This document shows, piece after piece, positions 27,820 to 38,700 of a stretch of 64,000 bases of DNA. The stretch covers positions 1,632,001 through 1,696,000 of the forward strand of contig OY969706.1 in the NCBI GenBank assembly GCA_963702095.1, written 5' to 3'. The position numbers and the translations under genes were made by a program. The DNA is from Candidatus Bathyarchaeota archaeon. Its GTDB lineage: Archaea > Thermoproteota > Bathyarchaeia > Bathyarchaeales > Bathycorpusculaceae. How positions within the stretch are numbered: the first letter of the stretch is position 1; the number at the start of each line of letters is the position of its first letter. The notes below the pieces were generated by a model. The model searched no databases. It saw nothing but the letters and a program-made list of their open reading frames with translations, and was not told where the DNA came from.

Positions 27820-30800
27820 CTAGTGGATGTTTATGAATATTTTTTTGCCGTCTAATTCGGATTCATGCCATTTCGTTTCAACTTCACTTTGGGCTGCATG
27901 CAAGTAGACTTTTCGGGCACGGACCAACCCAGCCATCTCTTCAAGGTAGGGCTCAAGTAACCCTCTGCTTTCAGGGTCCAACTCGGCAATGTGGACCGAT
28001 TCAAGGGTTTCAGTAGGTACAAAACCCAGCTCTTTACGCAGAGCTTGAACGCGGCGTGCCAAGTCACGCATGATGCCTTCGCCCAGCAGTTTATCGTCAC
28101 GTTGACCGCTGACAAACACGGTTATCTCGTCTTCTTGTGCAGAAACCCAGTTTTCGCCGCCCACATACTCAGGAACGGAGGTGGCGTATTCAACGGATTT
28201 GACGTTGGTTTGCTCCAGCAGCAGCGCCTCGAGGCTCCCAAGGGCGTCGAGGGTTTTTTGCGGTGCAACCACAATGGCTCTGGCAAGCGGCCAGCGGCGT
28301 TTAAGTTTGCCCTGTTGACGTGCAGCAAACGAAATCGACACAGCCTTAAGCAGGATTTCAAATTGGTCTTCGATTTGCTTGTTGCGTGCGTCGAGGTTGG
28401 GGGTGGGCCAAGCGGCTAAATTGACGGTTTCTGGCAGGTTAGGTTCAAGTTTGCGGTAGATTTTCTGGTAGAGCGCTTCACTTAGAAACGGCGTGATTGG
28501 GTTGAATAGTAGGGTTACTGTTTTTAGTGTGTCGTGTAGAAGTGCGTAGATGGTTTGGCGGCGTTCAACGGTGTCTGGGTCGTCTGTCCAGAGTTCCTTG
28601 CGGATCATGGGCACATAGAGGCGGCTGAGGGTTTCGATGACAAAGTCGTCGAGCACTGCCTAGGGCAGCGTTGAATTCGCAGCGTTCAAGCTTGGCAGTG
28701 TAATCCTCGATTCGGTCCTGCAAAACCGATAGCATCCAAATGTCGGCAGCCTGAAGTTTCCCTGCCTTTAGTGCCCATTCAAAGGAGTATTTGGAGGGTG
28801 TGAATTCGTCGAAGGTAGCGTTTTCCATGAAGAAGCGGCTTAAATGGTACAGGGTAGACAGGACTTGGTAGCTTCGGCGGGTCAACTCCTGCATGTCAAA
28901 ACTCATGAAGTCCACGGGTGAGCATTTGCGGGTCATGTAGAATCGGCAGAGGTCCGCGCTGTTCTTTTCCAACAGCTTGTTGGTTTCGATGACGTTGCCT
29001 ATGCTTTTGCTCATTTTTCTGCCCTTTGAGTCCTGTGTTAAGCCTTGGAATAGAAACGCCTTGTATGGTGCTTCGGCTTCTCCACTAAGAATTATGCGTT
29101 CGAGCAGAAGCGAGTTTGCCCAGCCCCTCGTTTGGTCGATGCCTTCAGTTAACCATGCTGTAGGCACATATTTTGCTTCTTCTTCGTCGCTGAAGCGTGC
29201 ATGGGGTGAAGCGCCGCTGTTATGCCACGTATCCAACACGAAGTCTTCTCGGCGCATGGCGCCTCCGCATTTGGTGCATTTGAAGGTGATGCGGTCAACC
29301 CAGGGTTTATGCAACTCAAAGTTGTCTGGAATCGGCTCCTGCGCGAGTTCTATGAGTTCTTTTTTGCTTGAGACAAATTGTTTGCTGCCGCATTGCTCAC
29401 AGGTCCACATGGGCAGGGGTGTGCCCCAGACGCGTTCGCGGCTGATACACCAGGGTTTGCCTTCTTTTAGGAAGCCTAAGAAGCGGTTTTTGGGTTCATC
29501 ATAGAAGTACTGGACTTTGTCGGCGGCTTCAAGCACTTTTTGGTTGAGTTTGTCGGTGCGCAAAAAGTATTCTTTGCGTGCCAGCCAAACCAGTTTGTGG
29601 TGGCTGCGCCAGCAAGTGGGGTACTCATGTTTGACTTTTTTGATTTCTACGAAACTGTTACGGCTCCGCAGTTCCTCGACCACAAGCATGTCTGCGTCGC
29701 GTGCGAATACTCCGTCGAATATCCCTGCATCTTCTGTGAATTTGACTTCGTCGTCGTAGGGAGCGTAGATGGGGACGCCTCTGCGTTGGGCAGCCCAGAA
29801 ATCGTCTTCGCCGTTGCCCGGTGAAAGGTGCACGACGCCAGTTGCGGTGTCGACGTCGACGAAGTCTTCGCCGACGACGTGGTGGACGAGGGGGTGTTTG
29901 GTTTCGAGTTCTGCCTGTTTGGGGATGATGTCTTTTAGGGGGTACTCGTATGCTATGCCTTCGAGGCTTTTTCCGGTCATGGTTTGGGTGATTTGGTAGT
30001 CTTTAATTTCAAGTTCAGCCATGACTGGTTCAACACGTTGATGTACCATAATCCAGGTTTCGGCGCCGACTTTGACTTTGACGTATTCGGCTGTTGGTTG
30101 CACGGCAAGCATGGTGTCGGTGATGACTGTGAAGGGCATGGTGGTCCACACCAGGAAATACTCGTTCTGTGTGCCTTTGACTTTGAATTTGAAGTAGAGG
30201 GAGGGGTCTTCGACTTGTTTGTAGCTGCCCTCGTAGCCGACTTCGGCACTGCTTAAACTGGTTTGGCAACCGGGACAGTACGCCACGACATAGTGGCCTT
30301 CCTCGAGTAGTCCTTGGTCCCAGGCGGCTTTGAGGATTTGCCATTCCCGCTCAATGTAGCTATCTTTGTAGGTCCAATACGCTTTTTCCTGGTTTATGGC
30401 GACGCCGAGTTTTCCGTCTGCTTCAAGCCACATAGCGTGGTAACGCATGATTGCTTTCTTGCATTCTTCGATAAAGCGTTCCATACCATATTTTTCGATG
30501 GATTCACGCTTGTTACGCACGCCCAGTAACTTTTCGACTTCAAGTTCCACTGGCAAGCCTTGGCAGTCCCATCCTGCCCAAAATGGCATGTAGTAGCCCT
30601 CCATGGTTTTCCAGCGGTAACGGAGGTCTTTCATGATTCTGCCGCGTGCGTGGCCGATGTGGGGGATGCCGTTTAGTGTTGGGGGTCCTTCGACGTAGCC
30701 GAGGTTGCCTTTGATGTTGGGTGAATTGGAGAGGGCTTCGAGTTTTTCGCGGATCTGGTTTTTTGCCCAGAATTCCCTGATTTCTTTTTCGAGGTCAAGC

Positions 30801-30847
30801 GGATTGTAGTTGGTCGGAAGGGCACTTTCAGTGTTTTGGGCAGTCAA
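27820..30847 (-). CDS. ileS: Isoleucine--tRNA ligase, split by an apparent +1 frameshift near 28659-28664
   Basis: EGPP..NG.PHIGH, GWDCQGLPVE, WTTMP, WCISR and KMSKS motifs. The C-terminal anticodon domain continues in the next frame (AALAVLDDFV...). Confidence 0.93.
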
Positions 30848-30985
30848 GTCAATTACCGTAACGCAACATACTCCAAAAGACTATATAAAATTATAAACTT
30901 CCAAAAAGCAGCAGCATGGTTCGGCTGGGGGGTTTGAGCGGGGGCAAAGTCGGGGATTTGTTGCTCTGCCGACTTCTCCCGGCTT

Positions 30986-32266
30986 CTACTGCGTTTTGCT
31001 TAGCTCTTCGAGGATTTCTTTTGCGCGGTCCACTCTGACCCTGTGTTCCTTAACCATCTGCTCCGCCACAGCTTCAATTTCTGGTCCTTGGGCGCCTGCA
31101 GTGACAGCGATGTTGCGTGCGTGCAGCGACATGTGCCCGCGCTGGATGCCCTCGCTTGCCAATGCACGGAGCGCGGCGAGGTTCTGGGCTAACCCAACTG
31201 CAACGATGACTTCCGCGAATTCGTTAGCGCTTTTGACATCCAGAATCTTCATGGCGATGCGGGCTATGGGGTGGGTTTTGACTGCGCCGCCGATTAAGCC
31301 CACAGCCATCGGCAGCTCGATTTCGCCCTCCAAATCGCCGTTGCTGTTTTTGGTCCATTTTGAAAACGTCGTGTAGTGTCCGCGGAGGGCGGCGTAGGCG
31401 TGTCCGCCGGCTTCGATGGCTCGGTGGTCGTTGCCCGTAGCCAATATAACGGCGACCATGCCGTTCATGGCGCCTTTGTTGTGGGTTGCTGCGCGGTAGG
31501 GGTCTGCTGCTGCGAACGCGGAGGCATAAGCGATGCCCTCAACGACTGCTTCGCCGCCCACAGCCTCTTTAGGCACAGTGCAGGTGGCTTTTGCAAGCCG
31601 CCTAACAGCCAAATTCGAGATTATGCGCAGATAAACTTGCCCGCCTGTGAGTTCTTCAATCAACGGCGCCACGGCTTCACACATGGTGTTCACGGCGTTT
31701 GCGCCCATGGCGTCACGGCAATCCACGTATAACTCTACGATAAGCATTGGTCCAAGGGTGGTTTGGATGACTTTTGCGCCTAAATCTTTGGCGCCGCCGC
31801 CGAAAGAGTTCAAAACGGGGTCTTGCTCGTTAGCCTTCTTCAGAATTTCGAGTTTTGCCGTTAAGACCTGCATCTGCGCCCGTTCTGCGTCATGGAGTTT
31901 GGCAACTTGGATTTGCCCAATCATCACCGGCTCAGTGCTGCTGGTTTTGAATCCGTCGCCGTCACGCACCATCTTGGCTGCGTAGCTTGCCGCCGCGATA
32001 ACGCTGGGTTCCTCAGTCGCCATCGGGATGAGATAGTCTTTGCCGTTAATTTGAAAGTTAACTGCGACACCCATGGGTTCGGGGAAGACGCCGATGAGGT
32101 TCTCCACCATGTGGTCGGCGACATCGAGGGGCAAAGAGCAGGACTGCTGCAGAAGCCCTTTTTCTTCTTCGGTTAAGCCTGCATAATCCGCAACAAGCGT
32201 TAACCGCTCTTTGGGTGATAATTTGTAGAAGCCTGAGATCACTGATGACTTAGCCATACCAGTCAC
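30986..32266 (-). CDS. mvaA: Hydroxymethylglutaryl-CoA reductase, class II (MvaA-type)
   Basis: ENLIG, PMATEEPSV, DAMGAN, ATHNKG, GND.RA.EA and GIQRGHMSLH motifs. Confidence 0.9.
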   Translation of the reverse strand: MTGMAKSSVISGFYKLSPKERLTLVADYAGLTEEEKGLLQQSCSLPLDVADHMVENLIGVFPEPMGVAVNFQINGKDYLIPMATEEPSVIAAASYAAKMVRDGDGFKTSSTEPVMIGQIQVAKLHDAERAQMQVLTAKLEILKKANEQDPVLNSFGGGAKDLGAKVIQTTLGPMLIVELYVDCRDAMGANAVNTMCEAVAPLIEELTGGQVYLRIISNLAVRRLAKATCTVPKEAVGGEAVVEGIAYASAFAAADPYRAATHNKGAMNGMVAVILATGNDHRAIEAGGHAYAALRGHYTTFSKWTKNSNGDLEGEIELPMAVGLIGGAVKTHPIARIAMKILDVKSANEFAEVIVAVGLAQNLAALRALASEGIQRGHMSLHARNIAVTAGAQGPEIEAVAEQMVKEHRVRVDRAKEILEELSKTQ

Positions 32267-32316
32267 TTGGCGTACATGGGGTTTTTATGCTTTTAAACTT
32301 AATCCAAACCAACGTG

Positions 32317-33372
32317 TTAAAGCGTGGTTTGTCCGTGGCTTTTAGGCAACGCCACCGCTGAGATACCGAGGCGCTTGCAGATTTCTTTGGCTAACGCGTC
32401 GCCGTTGCTGCGGTAATTATCGGTTATGACCTGTTTAGCGTGGGTGCGCCGTACATACTCGATTAACCCGTCGAAGTCACTGTGGTCGCTGAGCGCAACG
32501 AGGTATTCGCGGTCGCCGATTTGTCGACAGGGCTTCTGGAATTCCCAGCCGCTTACACAGAGCCGCGCATTATGCAGCCCCACGTGTGACCGCTGGTTCA
32601 TGTGGTAGAAAGCGACACAGGGCAAATTACCATCCAACAGTTCCCGCCCCTCAGGCGTGGCGCTGTGCATTATGCAGCCGAGGTTCATGCCGTGTTTCTC
32701 ACAGACTTTAGTGACTTCAAAGACACGTTCAGGCAAGACAAACGGCACCTCCACGTCGGCGTTGCGCAGCAACTGCATGACTTCTTGGAGTTTGCCATGG
32801 TAACCGAACACGTAAACCGCGCCGCCCCGCAACCGACGCTCAACCATCTCCACCAGCAACCCCCGCACATCCACGTCAAAGTTGCGGCGGCACGACGGAC
32901 TACCGTAGGTGGCTTCTACAACTAAAACATCGCAGTCCACTGCGTCTGTGCCTTCTAGGCGGAAATCACCGGACCACGCGATACGGATGCCGCCGGCGTC
33001 TTCGACGAGCACCTGTGATGCACCCAAAATGTGGTCGGCTCGCAGCAAGCTGATTTTTTCGTCTTTATACTTCAGCACTTTGCCGTATTCGAGGGTGCGG
33101 ATGCATTTGTCTCGGAGTTTGAGGTCGTTTAGGGTTTCGCAGAGGTCGCGGGTGGCTTTGGTCATGACTACTTTTTCGCAGCACTTAACGCTTTTGCGTA
33201 AGCCGTAGAGGTGGTCGGCGTGGGCATGCGTTACCACACGGAGCGGTCGGGTGGCGTCGAACGCGTCGCAGGCGACATTGTCCCCTAAGAGGACTGCGCC
33301 GTTTTTGGTTACAAGTGCCCGCTCAGCCAAACCGGTATCCTTCAAGTCAAGTTTTTTCTGCCAGCCACTCAA
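32317..33372 (-). CDS. Metallo-beta-lactamase fold (beta-CASP-like) nuclease
   Basis: THAHADH, HILG, SGDF, EATYG and SDHSD motifs. True start possibly TTG near 33345. Confidence 0.8.
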   Translation of the reverse strand: MSGWQKKLDLKDTGLAERALVTKNGAVLLGDNVACDAFDATRPLRVVTHAHADHLYGLRKSVKCCEKVVMTKATRDLCETLNDLKLRDKCIRTLEYGKVLKYKDEKISLLRADHILGASQVLVEDAGGIRIAWSGDFRLEGTDAVDCDVLVVEATYGSPSCRRNFDVDVRGLLVEMVERRLRGGAVYVFGYHGKLQEVMQLLRNADVEVPFVLPERVFEVTKVCEKHGMNLGCIMHSATPEGRELLDGNLPCVAFYHMNQRSHVGLHNARLCVSGWEFQKPCRQIGDREYLVALSDHSDFDGLIEYVRRTHAKQVITDNYRSNGDALAKEICKRLGISAVALPKSHGQTTL

Positions 33373-33745
33373 TCAACTGAACTGGGCTGTCTGTCTCGAT
33401 GGTGAAACGTATGGGTCCTAAGGGTGATTCAGCGGTTTCCTCAGAGAATGAGACGTGTCCGGCATAGGCGACTTGTTTGTTTAGGAAAAATTTTAAGGCG
33501 TTGCCTCGGATAGATTTGAAAAGTAGCCTTCTAGACGCATCCCTAACGCGGTCATTGCGCATTATGTTACGCAGTTTAATCAGGGAATCTTGCCCTTTTG
33601 CCTCAGCAAATAGAGTACTGCCGCGTTGCTCCGGCTTTACAGTGATTGCTGCATTACCCAAAACATTGTTAACTGCCACACGGACTTTTTCCTCGCTTTC
33701 TGTGGGGTTGATTTCTGTTTCAACGAAAACCGTCACTTCAACCAT
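33347..33745 (-). CDS. UPF0201-like RNA-binding domain protein
   Basis: INPTESEEKV, LNKQVAYAG and ESPLGPI motifs. Known neighbour of UPF0200 in archaea. Confidence 0.8.
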   Translation of the reverse strand: MVEVTVFVETEINPTESEEKVRVAVNNVLGNAAITVKPEQRGSTLFAEAKGQDSLIKLRNIMRNDRVRDASRRLLFKSIRGNALKFFLNKQVAYAGHVSFSEETAESPLGPIRFTIETDSPVQLIEWLAEKT

Positions 33746-34299
33746 TTAGCTTCGATACTCCCAAAATTTTCCTTAACCAAGGCTTTGAAGCCTTCAACAC
33801 TGTTATCGTTCACCAATACTTTCTCAGACATCGCTATAACATTTCCCAACCCCACACCCAACTCGCGGCTGTCACGTTCATGGAAAACCGCGTAGTTTTT
33901 GGGGTCGTCGCTTCTGCCGCGGAGTCTGAGGCGTTCAAAACGAACTTGCGGAGGCGCATGCACCGAGACAAGCGTGAATTTTACAAAATGCTCCCTGAAA
34001 ATGTCAGCTTCAAAGAGGCTGCGAAGTCCGTCTACTAGGACGCGGTTGCTGGGTTGCTCTTCGATTTTGGGGATGCATTTTTTGGCGATGACATAGTTGC
34101 CTTCTTCCGCGCGGAGTTCAAGCATGACTTTGCCGATGTTCTGCGGCGTCGGCTCCAAGCCGCGCAGGCGGGTTTGCTCTCGCACTACGTCGCCCATCGT
34201 CACAATGTCGTAGCCCATTGCCTTCACGGTTTCAACAACAAGTGATTTCCCTGACCCAGGCATACCGCCTAAGCCGACGACAAGTTTGCCAGCGTCCAA
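33733..34299 (-). CDS. UPF0200 / dephospho-CoA-kinase-like P-loop kinase
   Basis: GMPGSGKS, MGDVVRE, VDGLRS, RGRSDD and ERD.REL..G motifs. Confidence 0.8.
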   Translation of the reverse strand: MDAGKLVVGLGGMPGSGKSLVVETVKAMGYDIVTMGDVVREQTRLRGLEPTPQNIGKVMLELRAEEGNYVIAKKCIPKIEEQPSNRVLVDGLRSLFEADIFREHFVKFTLVSVHAPPQVRFERLRLRGRSDDPKNYAVFHERDSRELGVGLGNVIAMSEKVLVNDNSVEGFKALVKENFGSIEAKWLK

Positions 34300-34354
34300 T
34301 GTAGTTTACCCTTTTTTTGGTTGTATATCAGTCCTTCACTAAAAAGCATTTACA

Positions 34355-34939
34355 TTACCAGCTGTCTCTTTTAGCGCTCAACACCCTCTGCTGTTCCTTT
34401 TCAAGTTGACGATACAGTTCTTTTTCCTCAGGCAACACAATCCTAAACGCCCCATCGATCTTCCGCACAAAAGGCACCTTGACATAGCGGTCTTTCCTAC
34501 ACACCGGCGAATACTGCACCACCACATACTTCGAAGCCTGCGCCAAAACTTCCCCAGTTTCCCACTTCTCCGATAGCTCAACTTTGATAACATGTTCTCC
34601 TTGTTGGATTCCAGTCATATCCAAAGTTATTGGAAACATTAAATCATCACTTAAAAGCCTGCTAGGCGGTATGGCGACTATGTAGGTATTCACTTTGGCG
34701 CCGTCAAAATACAGATCCAGCGAGAGATTAGAAAAGTGCAGTCTGGATGGTAGCAGGTGAAAACCCACTGTTAAATCCAATTCGTCTTCTTTTGTGGCGT
34801 GGCTGAGTTGAATCACTATTGATTTCTCTGGCTTAGGCTCCTTTTTGTTGTCGGTGTTTTTGGGTAGGTTGTCAAAGGTAGCTTGTTTGGCTCTTTTGAT
34901 GTCTACAAGAGTTTTCTCCCTAATCCGCTCCTTCTTCAT
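34355..34939 (-). CDS. Hypothetical protein
   Basis: 194-aa ORF with GAGG upstream, a beta-rich core and charged ends. No recognisable motif. Confidence 0.6.
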   Translation of the reverse strand: MKKERIREKTLVDIKRAKQATFDNLPKNTDNKKEPKPEKSIVIQLSHATKEDELDLTVGFHLLPSRLHFSNLSLDLYFDGAKVNTYIVAIPPSRLLSDDLMFPITLDMTGIQQGEHVIKVELSEKWETGEVLAQASKYVVVQYSPVCRKDRYVKVPFVRKIDGAFRIVLPEEKELYRQLEKEQQRVLSAKRDSW

Positions 34940-35126
34940 ATCTAGCGCTACCTCTGGTACATACCCGATAAGTGATTAAGTGTATTTAGCCTATGCCTAA
35001 TTTAAGATAAGTTGGTTGCGTGAATGAGAAACACCTATGAAGGCACCTTTTTTTTTAACGCGGTGGATCAAAGGTTTGGTTAAGTGATGTTTTTACCTTT
35101 GCGTTTAATTATATCAAGGGGGGCTT

Positions 35127-35200
35127 GGTTCTGCTTGCGGATTTGTCCACAACCAAGCGGCAACCCAACCCGACGCAGAAGCAAAAAAGCAATCGCCCTA
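35127..35200 (+). repeat. Dispersed intergenic repeat family 2
   Basis: ctgcttgcggatttgtccacaacca (35131-35155) is the exact reverse complement of 49569-49593. Looser similarity continues for about 40 nt. Confidence 0.8.
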
Positions 35201-35520
35201 AGAACTCACTGGAAAAAGAAGAGTAAGGGGCACTCTGCCTTTATCCAACAATAAAAAAACAAAAAAACCAATTTTGATCGACCTTTAAAGAGGACCAGCC
35301 TATCGATGGATCTTTTTTAGCGTAGCTAGACAACGATCATTAGAGGATGTATTGCCCACACAAAGACAAAAAACATAACTACTAGAAAAACCGCACACAC
35401 CCCGACTCAGCCTATATCTAAATTTTCTTAATATTCATTATAAAACATGTTATAAGCTAGAAATGCCATAAACATCAGCAAGCTTACTCGGTTGAGAAAA
35501 CAGTGGCAGGCTAAAAAATA

Positions 35521-36984
35521 ATGGAAAATACCCCAAACCACCCGCCAAAGCATCCACCAAATAAAACCCAGCAGAAACCTCGCACTGGCAAAACTGAAGC
35601 TCTCATTATCGGCTTGGTCTTAGCAATAGTAGGTTCCATAGTAGCCAGTTCCTTCGAGAAGGGCACCCTTACAAACTACGCTGGCTTCGGAATGCTGCTT
35701 GTCGGCATTGCCTCCTTTGTAGTTGGAGCATGTTTCATATTTTCCAGAAGCCTCGAAGATCGGCTGAGAAGAGAGAAACCTGATTTCTGCAGGGGCAAAA
35801 AGCAGCTACCCATCTGCATCAGCATCTGGGCTATAGGCGCCGGGTTAATCCTCGCAGTCATCGGTTCAATGTTAGCCAGCACATACGATAGAGCACTACT
35901 AATGAACACCATGGGTTTTGGCATGTTGCTAGCTGGAATCGGAGTGTCGGTTCTGGGTTTATCCAGTGCAGCGTTGGGCACCGTTAGAATCGAGTTAAAT
36001 CATGACCAGCAGTCAAAAGTGAAAGCGCCAAGAATGCTCTTCTTCAACATCGTCGCCCTCGGTTTAGGCGTCGTCTTTTTAGTTGTCGGCACCATCTTAT
36101 CTGGGTCATATGCAAAAGAAACCTTGCTCAACGACTCAGGTTTCGGCATGCTAATCTCCGGCGTCGCTGTTCTATGCTTGGGCGCCTCAGGAACCGCAGT
36201 CGCCATGCTTCAAGCACGGTTCTACTCGGCAAACGAAGACACAACCGAACCCCCTTCCCGAAGAATATTCGGCAGCATATGGGCAATCGGCATAGGAACA
36301 ATGCTTCTTATCATCGGTTTAATTCTCACAGGGAACTACGAGAAGAGTTCAATGATGAATTACGCAGGCTTTGGAATGCTTCTATCGGGCGCCGGCGTCT
36401 TCGTTTACGGTTTATTCGAAACCGCCAAAGCCTCCGCCATGGGCTACCTAAACTACAGGCTTACCCGCAGCTCTGTTAAGCAAGCACCAAGATTTGAGGA
36501 GAAACAGCTGAGCCGTATGGCGCAGATTAGGGTTTTCTGGAAAAACATGGTGCGAACAAGTGCAGTGTTCAACCTTGCCGGGGTTGTTTCTGCGGTCTGT
36601 ATATTGTTCTTTAGTCTCTGGCAACTGGACCTAATCGTTTCAGGGCCTGTTTGGTGGTCCTCACAGGAATACGGCGTAGGATATGGCTGGTCGCATCCAA
36701 ACGGAGCGTACTCAAACGATTACTTTCAATGCTTCTTCTGGAAGACAACCATTGGACAGGCATATGACACCCTGTTTATGCTGATATTCATCTCATTTAT
36801 GGTGTTGTTTTTAAGCGCTTATTTCTGGCCTAAACAGGACCACAACATCACGTTGAAGCTAAAAGGAGCCGAGATGCCATCTAAAAAACACCCGACTAAA
36901 CCGAGGAAAAGAAAAACCAAACCTGAACCAGCGGCGCAACCGACTGCAACTACCGCGGCTGAAGATAAAACCGTTGGGGCATAA
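35521..36984 (+). CDS. Polytopic membrane protein with four internal helical-hairpin repeats
   Basis: Repeated N(Y/T/D)xGFGML(L/I)xG motif four times, about 10 TM segments. Confidence 0.7.
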   Translation: MENTPNHPPKHPPNKTQQKPRTGKTEALIIGLVLAIVGSIVASSFEKGTLTNYAGFGMLLVGIASFVVGACFIFSRSLEDRLRREKPDFCRGKKQLPICISIWAIGAGLILAVIGSMLASTYDRALLMNTMGFGMLLAGIGVSVLGLSSAALGTVRIELNHDQQSKVKAPRMLFFNIVALGLGVVFLVVGTILSGSYAKETLLNDSGFGMLISGVAVLCLGASGTAVAMLQARFYSANEDTTEPPSRRIFGSIWAIGIGTMLLIIGLILTGNYEKSSMMNYAGFGMLLSGAGVFVYGLFETAKASAMGYLNYRLTRSSVKQAPRFEEKQLSRMAQIRVFWKNMVRTSAVFNLAGVVSAVCILFFSLWQLDLIVSGPVWWSSQEYGVGYGWSHPNGAYSNDYFQCFFWKTTIGQAYDTLFMLIFISFMVLFLSAYFWPKQDHNITLKLKGAEMPSKKHPTKPRKRKTKPEPAAQPTATTAAEDKTVGA

Positions 36985-37371
36985 GCATAAAACAAGTTTT
37001 TGGTTACCGTCTTTATGGGTTGTTCTATTGTTTGGTGTAGGGTTGCTGGACAAGTCCCAAATAGAGTATCGTCATATACACTGCTTATATAGTTTGTAAA
37101 CAGCAAACAACCGTGGCTAACCAAGCAAGAGGGGCAGCCAACGGGGGACAAAAAAATGTTCGTAGAATGTGCCGTATTAATCGTAAGTATGAGCAGTTTT
37201 GCAGGTATGTCCGCATTGATAACGCATCGGTCAAGAAATGTTGTACGAAAAATAAACGTCAACACGCTGAAACTAAACGAGACAACAAGACACCAAAGCC
37301 GCTTCGATTAGGCACCTCTTTTTTATATTACACTGCTTTTCTAAATACCACACCTATAGAAGTGCATATTC

Positions 37372-38124
37372 ATGGTCTGCTCAATCGACATACTAGAGAA
37401 ACCCCAACTCAAAGACCCCATACTCATCGAAGGCTTACCCGGCATCGGATTCGTAGCCAACATCGCCGCCCTACATCTCATAAAAGAACTTAAAGCAAAA
37501 AAATTCGCCCAAATCTTCTCATCAGCCTTCCAAGACTTCGCAGTCACAACCGAAGACGGCGGCGCACGCTCCCCAATAAACGAACTCTACTACGCCAAAC
37601 GCAGCGACGGCGGACGCGACCTCATCATCTGGTACGGCAACACACAGGCACTCACCACGGTTGGGCAATACGAATTAGTCGGCAAAGTCCTCGATATAGT
37701 GAAGGATTTAGGATGCAAATTTGTGATTTCCATCGGCGGCTTCAAAAAAGACGAGGTTCAACCGATACCCGCCATCTACAGCACAGCAACCGACCTTGAC
37801 ACGATGCAGCAGGCGCTGGATTTAGGCACCAAAATCATGGTTGGGCATGTGTTTGGCATTGCAGGGTTAACGGTTGGTTTAGCACGCCTCCGCGACCTCA
37901 AAGGTTTCTCGCTGCTCGTCGACACATTGGGCATGAACCCCGACGTCAACGCTGCAGAACACGCGTTGATTCTTTTGGGGAAATACCTCAAGCTTGACAT
38001 AGACTTTTCTGGAATTGAAGAGAGCGGTGAAGAAATCAAGAAAATGCTGGAATCTTTCGGTATAATTCGGAGTATAACAGAAGAAAAGAAAAAGGAAGAG
38101 CAGCAACTGCGTTGGTTCATCTAA
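37372..38124 (+). CDS. PAC2-family proteasome assembly chaperone
   Basis: LIEGLPGIGFVA.IAA, ISIGG and GIAGL motifs. Confidence 0.85.
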   Translation: MVCSIDILEKPQLKDPILIEGLPGIGFVANIAALHLIKELKAKKFAQIFSSAFQDFAVTTEDGGARSPINELYYAKRSDGGRDLIIWYGNTQALTTVGQYELVGKVLDIVKDLGCKFVISIGGFKKDEVQPIPAIYSTATDLDTMQQALDLGTKIMVGHVFGIAGLTVGLARLRDLKGFSLLVDTLGMNPDVNAAEHALILLGKYLKLDIDFSGIEESGEEIKKMLESFGIIRSITEEKKKEEQQLRWFI

Positions 38125-38543
38125 GCTTTGACTTCACTCATGAACAGTGCGTAGACCTTGCTTACGCGGTCTGCGGCTGGTCCTGAACCTTCTACGACGC
38201 CTTTCTCAGTTAACTTTACTTTGTCCATGACCCATATGAAGCCTTGGTCCTCGTAGAGTTTAACCATGGTTGGGAAAACTTTTTCCAGTCTGTTTGCTAA
38301 GGCTTTGAGGTCGAAGGGTTTCTCCGCGCTGGCAATTGACATAACTATGGCGCCGTTTAGGACTAGGCGGTTGAGGAGTCTACCCAATTCATCTTTAACG
38401 TCTGCTAAGGTTAAGCTTAGGTTGTCAGGGTTTATGCCGACGAGTGTGCCGTTGAAGGTTTTTCCGTTTGTGGTGACTACAGCGACAGTTCTATCTGCTA
38501 ACGCTGCCACTTCGGTAAAGTATTTTCTTTGCGCTACAGACAA
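38121..38543 (-). CDS. Lsm/Sm-like RNA-binding protein with C-terminal domain (SmAP3-type)
   Basis: Sm fold VAVVT.NGK.FNG.LVG...LSL.LAD followed by an Lsm_C-like region (FP.MVKLY, GV.EGSGPAADRV). Confidence 0.85.
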   Translation of the reverse strand: MSVAQRKYFTEVAALADRTVAVVTTNGKTFNGTLVGINPDNLSLTLADVKDELGRLLNRLVLNGAIVMSIASAEKPFDLKALANRLEKVFPTMVKLYEDQGFIWVMDKVKLTEKGVVEGSGPAADRVSKVYALFMSEVKA

Positions 38544-38700
38544 CTTTCAATTTCTCCTTCTTGGTTACATGAAATTGCACTTCAACTATTTATCTCCACC
38601 GACCTCTAGAGGGATGACTACTCTGCAAGGCTGACTAATAAGGGAGTGTCGAGGCTTTATGCGTGTAATAGTGCATGGGGGTTAAGCAATAGAAAAGTTT

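Noticed and set aside
27820-30847. Programmed ribosomal frameshift or naturally split IleRS
   Set aside because: There is no slippery heptamer at the junction. A single extra base explains it, and four similar breaks occur in the window.
30945-30975. Hairpin aagtcgg...ccgactt between mvaA and ileS as a tRNA-sensing leader
   Set aside because: The stem is short, has no T-box features, and lies just after the mvaA stop. It is more likely a terminator-associated or chance structure.
37066-37095. ModE-box-like sequence cgtcatata...tatatag
   Set aside because: The spacing does not fit the TATAT-N7-TAYAT consensus and no molybdenum genes are adjacent.
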